A stretch of DNA of 64,000 nt from Octopus sinensis (taxonomy: Eukaryota): positions 36,456,001-36,520,000 of the forward strand of contig NC_042999.1 in the NCBI RefSeq assembly GCF_006345805.1, written 5' to 3'. The notes beneath the pieces are model-generated. The model made no database searches. It worked only from the letters and a program-made list of their open reading frames with translations, and had not been told where the DNA came from. Every line of letters starts with the position of its first letter. Position 1 is the stretch's first letter. A program made the translations under genes and the position numbers. Below are positions 52,527 to 64,000 of this stretch, one piece after another.

Positions 52527-53120
52527 TATTGGGCCATTCCATAAATAATGTGTTTTTTTCAATTGCATGAACTAAAAGTTGGAGGAGACGGGATAAACTT
52601 CCTGCATCAATTTGCTATAAAAGTAGATGGTAATTTTACCCTGTGCTTATTCATAGTGCAAGTTTTGAAGAGTGAAGTTCGGTTTTAACAGTTTCAAAGC
52701 TATAAGGAAAGTGACAAAGGAACATATTTGGCATATTTTGCTTTATGAGTTCAATAAAGGCAAAAATGCAATGGAAAGTGTGAGGAATATTAATTCAGTA
52801 TATAGAGATTGGACAATAAGCATAAGCCAGTGTCAACAGTGGTTCCTTAAATTCTGAGCTGGAAACTATAGCCTAGAAGATGAGCCTTGTCCTGGAAAAT
52901 CTGTAGAGCTCAACGAGGACATCCTGCAAACCCTGGTGGAACAAAATCCCATTGTAATTGTTGATGAACTAGTAGAAAAGCTTAGATTTGGTCATTCAAC
53001 CATTCATTGACACCTGCGTGCCATCAGAAAAGTCAGCAAGTTGGGTCAATGGGTTCTTCACAAACTTTACAAGTCTAATCACATGCAGAGAGTGAATGTG
53101 TGCTCTTCTTTGCTGTTCAT
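52527..53120 (+). mobile_element. Mariner 5' half fossil (HTH domains)
   Basis: Start tattgggccattccataa. Translation KEHIWHILLYEFNKGKNA...QQWFLKF*AGNYSLEDEPCPG...HLRAIRKVSKLGQWV. Confidence 0.85.
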
Positions 53121-54609
53121 ACACATGCATCATACAAAATTTCAAATGCAAAATTTCTTACATGTTTTTTCCAACATGTGCAATTTTGTGATTCCTGTTA
53201 GCAAATGAAACATGTGTAATGGTGAATAAAGAAGGACCTGGCATTGCATTCAATGCTGAAAAGTAAAATCAAACAGCATTTCAACTCTGTGTGAATATAT
53301 GTGTGTATGTGTATGTGTATACAATGGAAGAATATGAATGTTTATATGTGTGAACCAGTGTTCTATCAGTAACAAACGATGATAGATGTCACATCTCAAA
53401 AGACAACCACAAAATAACATTGACAAGTATATTAATTTGATTTACCATCTATATTTATATATAAAATACTACAATTAGCCATCATTTTTGACGGCACGGA
53501 GCCAGCTAGTAGCTTATAATACATTAGGTCAAAACCCACTTAGGTGGAGAAAAAAAAAAGCAGTAAACAGAAGAGATGTGTTTCAAATCTAGTAGGTAGC
53601 TTTCTAACTTTTTTCCACCCTAGAATTTTTTTTAACCCAATAATCAATTATAAACCAGAAAGTATAATGATGATTGCTTCTGATAAGACCCTATGGAGGT
53701 AATACCTGACCCTCCTAGGAATAGTGGACAGACAAGGTGGGTTGATTGATATGTTGTTAATAAAATCTTATTTACAAATATCTCAACACTTCAATAGTTG
53801 CATTGTAAATATAAGGTTTTTAGAAAGTTCATGCTAATTGTTGAATGTTGAAAACTAACTTATTCATAACACTGTGTAACACAATTTTTGTCCTTGGAAA
53901 GCAATTGTTATTTCCTGTTTGCATAGCCTTAGAAATAAAAAATGGATAATATTTCATTCAAACTTTGCTTTTGTTACATTTATTCAAATACCAAAAAAAA
54001 ACCCTCTCAAACACATGGCTATGATGCTCCTGTACTGTTCCTGCTCATGATCAGAGATGCACATATTATCAGCCACTAAGGGACATGTTCAAGTGGTTAA
54101 AGTCAAGAAACTGATAAACAGATCTGTGGTATTGAGCAGAATATTTGCTATAATGATATTTCTGCTTCAGCAACTTAGTGCTTACTCTGAAATGTAATGG
54201 AAAATAATTCAGTTTCAAAACATTGATGTCCAGGTCACAAAAGCAAAGTCTGAAGAGAATAGTAGTCATTTCTTTTGATTACTACTGTCTGTCTGTCTTT
54301 GTTACCTTTTTTCTTCACACTCCCTCTTTATTTCTACTTGCTCTTCCCCAACCCTCTCTACTCCACTCTCTCTCTTTCTTCACTTTTTGATACTAAAAGA
54401 CCATCCAATTTTTTTTTTTCTTTTTATCACTCATCTTTCTTCTATTTGACCAGAGCATAGGTACGGCATATTTTGTTTCATCTCCTGCCCCAGCTTATCT
54501 TTCCACCTTTCATTCCTTTCTTTCCTTCTTTCATTCTTCCTTTCTATCCTATTTTCCTATCCTTCTCCTGAGCCCTGTCATTGTACCTTTGGGACACAAG
54601 CACCACTAT

Positions 54610-55195
54610 TTTGTTTCTTTTTTGTTAGTTTTCGTTATGTTTCTAAGTGTTAGCAGTCCTCTGATATTCAGTAAGAGCACTGATGTGATGTAAGTGCTGT
54701 TGCTAGTGGTGTCCACCTTGGGTCCATTCACTGTGGTGGTTTTATGCATTGAGGATAGTCCCATCTGTGAGATTGATGTAACCAGATCAGTTGCTGTATA
54801 ATCTTTTGTGCCATGTCCAAAAAAAATCATTGTTCAGCAGCTGCCCTTTCAACGATATGTTGATAGGACTGGTTTGTAATATGCACTACATCTGTGTATT
54901 TCCATTTTGGGGCAGGTGGCGCGTAGTCCTTTCCTTTTGGCCGGTGGTTTCCACCCTGTTTCATGTTGGTGTGGCAGGGTCTTTGGTGAGCAAAATGGCA
55001 GCTTGCACCTCCCTCTCCATGCTAGGAGACACCTTTCAAGTAGAATTTGCACATTTGTGTGTGCTGTCTCTTTATATCCTTTTTGTTGTATGGGCAGTCA
55101 AATTTGCTTCTTCCTTCGGCTGTTTCTTCTCTTGTTTTTGCTCCTTTTGGTTGTTCTTTCTTGGCTCTTTCACCTCCAGTTTTTTTTGCATATAT
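54610..55195 (-). mobile_element. Probable LINE ORF1 end / ORF2 start remnant
   Basis: Reverse strand has a CCCH-like MCKFYLKG..HG...CHFAH and later TSVLLLNIRGL (APE N-terminal NIRG motif). Heavily disrupted. Confidence 0.5.
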
Positions 55196-55199
55196 ATAT

Positions 55200-56047
55200 G
55201 TATTACAAAATTTTAATTTTTTTCGTCTTTGGTCAGAAAATGGTATTTCCTATTCACTTCATCATCATCATCATCATCATCATCATTTAATGTCCATTTT
55301 CCATGCTGGCATGGGTTGGATGGTTTGACTGGGGACTGGTAAACCAGGGAGCTGCACCAGGCTCCAATCTGATCTGGCAAGGTTTCTACAGCTGGATGCC
55401 CTTCCTAATGCCTACTACTCTGAGAATGTAGTGGGTGCATTTTATGTGCCACCGACATGGGGGCCAGTCCGGTGGCACTGGCATCAGCCACGTTCGGATG
55501 GTGCTTTTTACATGCCACCGGCACAGGAGCCAGTTGGGGCAGGGGAGATGGCATTGACCACATTTGGATGGTGCTTTTTATGTACCACTGGCACGTATCT
55601 TCCTGTGCTGGTGGAACGCAATGAGCACTATTCATGCATAGGTTGATACCAATGCCGCCTGACTGGCTCTCCGTGCCAGTGGTACATAAAAAGCACCATC
55701 CGAATGTGGTCAATGCCAGCTGCTCCCCTGCCCCAACTGGCTCCTGTGCCAGTGGCATGTAAAAAGCACCATCCAAACATGGCTGATGCCAGTGCCACCT
55801 GACTGGCTCCCATGTCGGTGGCACATAAAATGCACCCACTACACTCTCAGAGTAGTAGGCATTAGGAAGGGCATCCAGCTGTAGAAACCTTGCCAGATCA
55901 GATTGGAGCCTGGTGCAGCCTCCTGGTTTGCCAGTCCCCAGTCAAACCATCCGACCCATGCCAGCATGGAAAACAGACATTGAATGATGATGATGAAGTG
56001 AATAGGAAATACCATTTACTGACCAAAGACAAAAAATTTTGTAATAC
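55200..56047. repeat. Inverted duplication of a family D copy plus its flank (~390-bp arms, ~76-bp spacer)
   Basis: 55200-55595 pairs with 55672-56047, including non-retroposon flank. Confidence 0.92.
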
Positions 56048-57355
56048 AGTGTAATTTGTAATGATTACTATAAAACAAAGAAAGCAATATGAGGTGTACC
56101 CCTTGTGATCAACCATCATAGGGGAAACAATCTCTTCTAGACTAAGTTAAGCCAAGGCAGGTTTGGAAGTTTGGAAGTTACATCAAGGAGTAAAGAAGAT
56201 GGTTAGAGTATACACATTAAATCATTTTTTTTTTCTATACCTTCATTATAAAGAACTTAAATCTTCTAATCATTGATAGCCATCTACAGCACTAGTTCAT
56301 TCTTTGGAATCATCGGTGCAGCATAACTCAAGGCTCTTTATCTTTCATATTTTTTACTTGGTTCATTCATTGGTCCACAGCCATTCTGGGGCACTGCTTT
56401 GAAGTGTTTAGTCTAACAAATTGACCCCAGTAGTAATTTTTAAAGTCAGGTATTTATTCTGTTAGTCTATTTGGCAGAACCAATGCATAAAGGGAATGTA
56501 AACAAACCAACACCAGCTGGTAGAGCAAGGAGACATATACAGACACAAAGACACACACATATGCATATATACATACACATATGTGTATGTATAATATATA
56601 TATGTATATATCTATATATATAAAACTCAACTTGTTTGTCTGTGTGTGTATTTGTGTGTGTGTTTGTGTTGAGTTTTATATATATAGATATATATATATA
56701 TGATGATATATACATATATATATGATGAAATATATATATATATTATATATATATATATATAATGGGCTTCTATACAGACTCCATCTACCAAATTCCCTAA
56801 CAAAACATTAGTCAGTCAGGTGCTATTGTAGAAGACATTTTCCCAAAGTGCCACACAATGGGACTGAACCCAAAACCATGTAGTTACAAAGAGAGCTTTT
56901 TAACCACACAGTCAAGGTAAGCGATAGTTTTCTCTCTATCTTTTGCAACTTGTATCTTTCAGTCGTTTATTTCTTTTCTAACTTTCCTCACAAAGTGTGC
57001 CACCAATTTTCTCCTTGATTTTCACTGAGTCACAAAGTCCTAAAGAATAAGAGCCACTGCTGTAGATAATCTGTTGTGGGTTATGATATGAGGAAGGAAA
57101 GCAAGCACATGATAAACTTGATTGATCTCTGTTATCAGCATTTAAACATAATTGTTATAGTTATTTATGGCTTAACCAGCACCATATGGTTTTTAAACCA
57201 TTAAACACCTGTTCCTTCTGAATTTGTCATTTGTAACAAGCTTACTAGTAAGTCTTTATGTTTGTGTACTGTTGGCAAATAACAACAGATTCTCCTTCAA
57301 ACCACATCCAATCAGCTTAAAAAAGTGGAAGGACACATTAAATAATGTAGCACTA

Positions 57356-57743
57356 ATAATAGGAGCACTCTGTTGGTTACGACGATGAGGGTCCCAGCTG
57401 ATACGATCAACGGAACAGCTTGCTCGTGGAATTAACGTGCAAGTGGCTGAGCATTCCACAGACACGTGCACCCTTAACGTAGTTCTCGAGGATATTCAGC
57501 GTGACACAGAGAGTGACAAGGCTGGCCCTTTGAAATACAGGTACAACAGAAACAGGAAGTAAGAGTGAGAGAAAGTTGTGGTGAAAGAGTACAGCAGGGA
57601 TCACCACCACCCCCTGCAGGAGCCTTGTGAAGCTTTAGGTGTTTTCGCTCAATAAACACTCACAATGCCCGGTCTGGGAATCGAAACCGCGATCCTACAA
57701 CCGCGAGTCCGCTGCCCTAACCACTGAGCCATTGCGCCTCCAC
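57356..57743 (-). mobile_element. SINE family C, tail type 1
   Basis: 12-bp TSD aatgtagcacta. Confidence 0.93.
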
Positions 57744-57869
57744 AATGTAGCACTAGGATACCCATAACAATACAGAATGATTGTGGCTGAGAAGCTTTCA
57801 AGCAGGATTAACCTGGGACTAAGCAACATTAACAGTTTGTTTCTTACATCTTTCTGCTAAATGTTAGCT

Positions 57870-58746
57870 TGAAACTGTAAATGTTAGCTTGAAAAGCAGC
57901 TAGATTTTACCGTTATTCTTTCTTTTTGCTTCCTGCTGCCGAGAGTGACAGACAGTCTTTGGTCCTCAGCCATTGACCATGGAGCATCCACCGACAGACC
58001 AGCCAGTTCAAGCAAGACAACCATGTTCCCGCAACAGCCAGCGATGACACCAACACCTTTACCATCATCGTTGCCTTAATCTTATCAACATCACCAACAT
58101 GTCTATGTACACCAACACCAACATGCAGCATCTCAGGACCTTTCTCCAACATCGCCTTAAGCTTATCGTCGCCCTTCAACTTCACGTCATCTCCACTACC
58201 ATCAATATGTAAACACCAACCAACATCGTTCCAGGTTTAACATCACTCTGTTGTGAATACTCACCAAGGTTTACAGCTCCAGTCTACCTGCGAGAACTTT
58301 CTGTACCAAAGTAACCTGGCATAGGATTGAAGCCTCAACCACTTACTCGACATGAGTTTCAACCGGCTTTCCACTTTTCACCAACCTCTCTGTTACAGAA
58401 CTAACTATGGTGTGTCTTACACCGAACAACATCTTGTCTGAACATTCATCTAGCGATCCTGTTATAGACTCTTTCTATGCTATGTATTGTATTGTCCCAC
58501 ACTTATCCCACATACAGACACACTCTGCTAGCACACATACGCACACTTATGACAAACACACACTTATGTCGCACTCACAAACACACACACACTCTGCTCC
58601 TCACATTAACATCTAAATAAAGTCTTTTCTCTTATACATTATACAGTTGTTTTTTTCTCCTTATTCTTTCTTGGCACTGGTATTCTTTTATTCCATGTAT
58701 TTTGGCTTCTTTTGTAAGCGACGATGCAACGTTTTAAAAGGAGACA
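57870..58746 (+). mobile_element. Possible solo LTR
   Basis: TG...CA ends, A/C-rich interior, aataaa at ~58617 followed by a T-rich U5-like region. No TSD found. Confidence 0.3.
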
Positions 58747-60019
58747 ATTGTCACCATCTCCTTTACGTATGGTTGCTCTACAAAACAAACAGATTAAACA
58801 ATAGTTCCTTCCTATTCTAGAAGACTGTGATATAAGACCAAGTGATTCATGAGCACAGATATCTTAAAAGTGAATACATGCATCAGTGCTTCAAAATTTA
58901 TTAATGCATTTATGCACAAGGCATGTCTACTTAGTGCTAGATTAAGTTTTTAAGTGTATCATACAACATTATTTTGTTTATAGAAATAAATCTTTCGAAA
59001 ATGATGGTGCGTATATTACAAGTACTTGTATTACATTGGCTCCAGAATGGATAGAAAACAAAGTCATTTTCAGTGGGCATTGAACTGAAACAAGAGGAAA
59101 ATTAAGCAAAATATGATAAATCATAGCTAACTTGCTGGAATGGAAAGAAACAGTTGGTTGCTGCTGTTTGGATGCTGACAGTTTGGCATGGCTAACTGGG
59201 TATTCAGTCTATTTTGGCAACAGTACGTTTTTGGTGCTGGTGGCAAACATACACCCCAACCCCACATATACATGCAGAGATATACAGAGAGGATTGGAGA
59301 GAGAGAATGAGAGAAACATTAAAATGAGTGAAACATTAAAACAAGTCAGCATTAAATCAGCGACATCAAATGTTGGCTCCAAAATGGCTGTGCCAAAATG
59401 TCTCATATCTCTGCTGGAAATAGCAAACAAATCTCCTTCAAATCATGTCTTACGGTCTTAAAAAAGAAGGCACAATGAGCTGATGTAGTCCCTTACCTGA
59501 AAACAAAAAAAAGAAAAGATAGTAAAGTTGTTGCTAGAATGCCTTTGATTGTAGCTCTACTTAATCAGAAGATAATTAGGATTAAAACATTAATAATTTT
59601 GTACCTTTACTTTGAAACTAAATATTTGTTCATTCATTTTACATCTAGTTTTCCATGATAGCATGAGTCAGGCAATGGCGTATAATTGAGGTATTGTTTT
59701 ACAGCCAGGTGCCCTTCCTGATGTTAACCCTTACCTATTTTACTAGTAAGAAATTTTTCATTGTATGTGTTACAGAAGCAAATGTCTCGTTGACAGGAAA
59801 TGTTATCAAACTTCACCATTTGTAGCTTAGCACTTTTTCATATGAAGACACAGAATGTGAACATTCACACAGACACATGTGCATACACATGCATGAGCAA
59901 ACACAGTGTCCTTCTGGTGGTGTAAAGCACTTGTGGCAGTGCTATGTAAAAGTACCCATGTGGTGTCATATAAAAGTGTCTGTGCAGTGCCACATAAAAA
60001 CACCCAAAACATCTTTATA

Positions 60020-60416
60020 TCTTTATATATAAAAGTGAAGTTGTGTGTCTGTCTCCTACGATTTAGATTCCTAACTACTCCCACATTTTGCGGTGCAGTG
60101 TAACCAAAAGCGGGTATCTTATAGTCATGATTCATATCGAGCCCTTCTGGGTATTAGCACACGTCTACGATGAGTCTACGATTTAAAAAAAAACTTACCA
60201 TCATTTTTTCCCATTTTTAATGCATTTTTTTGCTATTATATAAGGGAAGTAACTCTCTAAAAATGTATTATTAAATCTCAGAACGTAAAAAGCTACAGTA
60301 ATACCCCCCCCTGTGTGGTTAGCCATATTGAGATGGCTATTAAACTTTACATCTCTAAAAATGCTTATATAGTTATTTCCCTTACAAACCCGAGCAACGC
60401 CGGGCGATACTGCTAG
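60020..60416 (+). mobile_element. Non-autonomous Helitron (same family as 13128)
   Basis: TCtttatatataaaagtgaagttgtgtgtctgtc...cccgagcaacgccgggcgatactgCTAG|t. Confidence 0.88.
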
Positions 60417-60515
60417 TTATATATATAATGATAATAATATGAGGGAATATTATTCCAAACTTACAGGGAAAAATTCAATTTAGAAATACTAAATCAAATT
60501 TCACAAAATATAATA

Positions 60516-60861
60516 TATATAAATTAGAAAAAAAACACCTTTTATCAATTCAATAATGAAAAATTAAATTATACCATTTAGAAAAATTACATATTATAGA
60601 AAGATTAAATATAAGATAAAGCATATAACGATGATTAAGTAATGTGCAAAATAATAAATAAAACATATATATTTGGTAGAATAATTTACAATGATCGTTA
60701 TTCTACCAAGTATATACGTTTTATTTATTATTTTGCACATTATTTAATCATCGTTATATGCTTTATCTTATATTTAATCTTTCTATAAATATATAATTTT
60801 TCTAAATGGTATAATTTAATTTTTCATTATTGACTTGCTAAAAGGTGTTTTTTTTCTAATT

Positions 60862-60867
<6 letters not shown>
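60516..60867. repeat. AT-rich palindrome, ~170-bp arms, 13-bp loop
   Basis: The arm ending ttggtagaataa (60684) is mirrored by ttattctaccaa (60698) and pairs out to ctaatttatata. Confidence 0.92.
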
Positions 60868-60894
<27 letters not shown>

Positions 60895-60895
<1 letters not shown>

Positions 60896-61210
60896 CTGTT
60901 GCCTACCTGATGGCTGATGTCAATGTTACTTGTTGAGGCTGGTGTAGGAGGGGGAGGAGGAGGAGGAGATAACACACTAGATGTCGATGGTTGGTGATCA
61001 TCAGTTGACTCCTGTTGTGATGCTGTAGATCATTGTGCAAACTTGTCTAAAGTTCCTTGAATTGTCTTTTACAAAACATTGTGCATTGGGATCCATTTCC
61101 TCAAATAAAGCAAGACATTTATCTAAATGAGAAAAAGCGTCTTGCATTTTCTTCAATGTGAAACAACAAAGCTCGGGATCAATGATGCATACTGCATTTT
61201 AACATTGATT
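60895..61210 (-). mobile_element. Tigger/pogo-like transposase C-terminal fossil
   Basis: FTLKKMQDAFSHLDKCLALFEEMDPNAQCFVK, then KKTIQGTLDKF, resembling Tigger1 FEAQDPN...QTSLDRFF. Confidence 0.65.
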
Positions 61211-61751
61211 TTAATATGCTATACAGATTATATGTTTCTATTGCTTTTTTTTTATTTATTTCCCAGAGATGAATATGAATATAATCAATTGATACAACTC
61301 GGAACTAACAGTACAGTATAGTATGAATGTTATTGCTTTTTTGCCAGGTGACATAAATTGATACTGTATTTAATATTTATTTAATATTTTAGAAAGACCG
61401 ATGTATCTTTGGAAATGGCATAACCTGGAGTATATACTATCAATAATTATAACAATATAAAATATGGAGACTTGTTCATCCTTAAATTCTATTTCCTCTT
61501 ATTTTACAATTTTATACAGCATAATATTATGGTCTTTATGACCTACACATGTTTCCACTACACAGATTATGAGCAGTTGCAGATGCAGCCTGACACAATT
61601 TTCTGCGCAGCTTCTTCAGGGTCTATCCCTTTGGCTAGTTTTGAATAGCAATCATTAATGGGAAATACTGATCAATGTGGTTAGCTGTAACATCAAACTT
61701 AACTGAGAGCCACCATGGTATCCACCCAGATAACACATCACTCCACACACA

Positions 61752-61783
<32 letters not shown>

Positions 61784-61933
61784 TATATATACATATATAT
61801 ATAGATTAGAGACAGGTATTCTCTGTATAGAATACACTTTGTAGTGATCAAAAATATTTGAACTTGAGCAGGAAGAGGAGTAAATGTAAGGACAAGTAAG
61901 TTAGGCAAGCTGATATACAAAAAATATTAAATA

Positions 61934-61935
<2 letters not shown>

Positions 61936-61964
<29 letters not shown>

Positions 61965-62160
61965 GTTTAACGTCCGTTCTCCATGCTAGCATGGGTTGGA
62001 TGGTTCGACCGGGGATCTGGGAAGCCAGAAGGATGCACCAGGCTCCGGTCTTATCTGGCAATGTTTCTACAGCTGGATGCCCTTCCTAACTCCGTGAGTG
62101 TAGTGGGTGCTTTTTACGTGCCACCTGCACTGGTGCTGGCATCTGGCACCAGTGCAGGTG
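61936..62160 (-). mobile_element. Retroposon family D
   Basis: catcatcatcgtttaacgtccg...ggatgcccttcctaac. Confidence 0.88.
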
Positions 62161-62573
62161 AAAATATGTACATATGTATACATATAAAAAAAGTCTGACT
62201 TACACAGAATAGAAATGATATTAGGAATTAAAGGGGTTGAATAAGAGTATTAAGAGTCTAACAGCTGTTTCTGGGGACTTGGTGGTCCAAAATAATGATT
62301 GTAACTTGATTTCATCATTGGATAACACCAGCCCCTTTTACTTTTGAGGCATTGACAGAATGGACTTTAAACTCCATTCTCTCAATGTCTCAAAAGTAAA
62401 ATTCTTCCCTGATGACAGAGGCTGGTGTTATCCAATGATAGAATCAAGTTACAATCATTATTATCATTTACCAAGCCTCCCAGAAACAGCTGTTGAACTT
62501 GTAATACTCTTATTCAACCCCCTTGATTCATGATATTTCTATTCTGTTAGTCAGACTTTTTTTTTATATGTAT

Positions 62574-62972
62574 GGCTGTGTGGTAAGTAGCTTGCTTACC
62601 AACCACATGGTTCCGGGTTCGGTCCCACTGCATGGCACCTTGGGCAAGTGTCTTCTACTATAGCCTCGGGCCGACCAAAGCCTTGTGAGTGGATTTGGTA
62701 GACAGAAACTGAAAGAAGCCCGTCGTATATATGTATATATATATATATATGCGTATTTTTGTGTGTTGTGTTTGTCCTCCTCCCCCCAACATCGCTTGAC
62801 AACCGATGCTGGTGTGTTTATGTCCCCGTAACTTAGCGGTTCGGCAAAAGAGACCGATAGAATAAGTACTAGGCTTACAAAAAATAAGTCCTGGGGTCGA
62901 TTTGCTCGACTAAAGGCGGTGCTCCAGCATGGTCACAGTCACATGACTGAAACAAGTAAAAGAGTAAAAGAG
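62574..62972 (+). mobile_element. SINE family A, near-consensus full length
   Basis: ggctgtgtggtaagtagcttgcttacc...gactgaaacaagtaaaagagtaaaagag. Confidence 0.95.
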
Positions 62973-63066
62973 ATATGTACATTTTTTTGTATTAAATGTA
63001 TTTAATATTTTTTTTTGTATATCAACTCACCTAACTTGCTTGTCCTTACATTTACTCCTATATATA

Positions 63067-63833
63067 CAGAGTGGGGAAGAGAGGACGGACGTTTTTGAAA
63101 TGGCTATTACTCAGCCCCAGGGGGAGGGACATATGTGCAACAGTTACCATTGAGTCTGTGGTGTCTTTGCATTTTTTTTACTTTTTTACTTTTCAGGTGA
63201 AGCCATGGCGCTGTGAACGATAGAGCATCATGTGTTTGCCTATGATAGTTATGTGAAGAATAACGAGTCTGTCACAGTAGTTCAGCATGAGTTTTGGTGC
63301 TACTTCAACATTCACCGAAATCAGGCTGTTCCCACTCATAACACAATCTTACGTTGGGTAAATGCTTTCATATACAAGGTACGCTAATGAATAGGAGACC
63401 AGTGAGGGTGCCATGAACAGTACAGACCCCAGAAAATGTGGAACACATCAGACAAGCTTTGATATGGAGTGTAAATCACTCTGCTTGGAGGTATTTCACT
63501 GAACTTAGCATTGGTAATCAATCAGTAAGGTGTATTTTGCATGAAGATCTGCTTTTCCACCTATACAAATTGGTCACTGGGCAACAGTTGAAATCATGGG
63601 ACTCTGCACAGAACAATGTGCAGAGGTCAATTTCCAAGAACAGAGCAGAGGTCAATTTCCAAGAACACCTTCAGAAATGCATCAAGGAAAACGGACACCA
63701 GATGGTGGATATTGTTTTCCACGCTTAATTCTGACTAATGCTAATTCAATACAAACACATTGATGTCAATAAAATTTGTTTGCAGTTAAAATTTATGATT
63801 TTGTAACGTTTTCAAAAACGTCTGTCCTCTCTG
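63067..63833 (+). mobile_element. Internally deleted Tc1/mariner-superfamily (DUF4817-HTH type) element
   Basis: TA|cagagtggggaagagaggacggacgtttttgaaa vs tttcaaaaacgtctgtcctctct. Translation YDSYVKNNESVTVVQHEF...TILRWVNAF...TPENVEHIRQ...LHEDLLFHLYK, fused to the C-terminus LQKCIKENGHQMVDIVF. Confidence 0.8.
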
Positions 63834-63875
63834 CATATATTATGTGTGTGTGTGTATATATATATGTATATATAT

Positions 63876-63907
<32 letters not shown>

Positions 63908-64000
63908 CACACACAAATTTATATATTTATACACTTATACATATATATATATATATTTATACATATATAAATGTATGTATATATATATATATATATATAT

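Larger units (their letters stand above)
61878..63058. repeat. Large palindrome (~280-bp arms, no spacer), each arm interrupted by a different retroposon
   Basis: Centre tttaaa 62366-62371. 62178-62365 pairs with 62372-62573; the outer 61878-61935 pairs with ~62997-63058. Confidence 0.9.

Overview
AT-rich, repeat-dominated eukaryotic DNA. The SINE/microsatellite landscape points to an octopus genome; this is an inference, not a database match. I could not identify any host gene, only a few isolated candidate exons. There are no rRNA or tRNA genes and no CRISPR array. Nearly all long ORFs in the track come from (TA)n/(CA)n/(GT)n microsatellites or from SINE bodies. Recognisable content: at least four SINE/retroposon families (dozens of copies, several with clean 11-12 bp TSDs); a 5'-truncated CR1-type LINE; a LINE ORF1/ORF2 remnant; a Penelope-like RT fossil; non-autonomous Helitrons, one carrying an intact 173-aa Pif1 helicase fragment; hAT (Tip100-like, Buster-like), mariner, Tc1-like and Tigger/pogo fossils; several MITEs; and a ~3.7 kb tandem duplication whose two copies differ by the LINE insertion. 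Most notable: (1) a 144-nt hairpin at 7119-7262 whose mismatches are almost all tandem sheared G.A pairs in (C/T)GAG context around a GC-AAAA-GC loop, so it folds well on one strand only; (2) a cluster of long inverted duplications at 49-63 kb that include unique flanks and carry independent SINE insertions; (3) a GT-derived minisatellite that keeps an exact 78-bp period through compensating internal run lengths.
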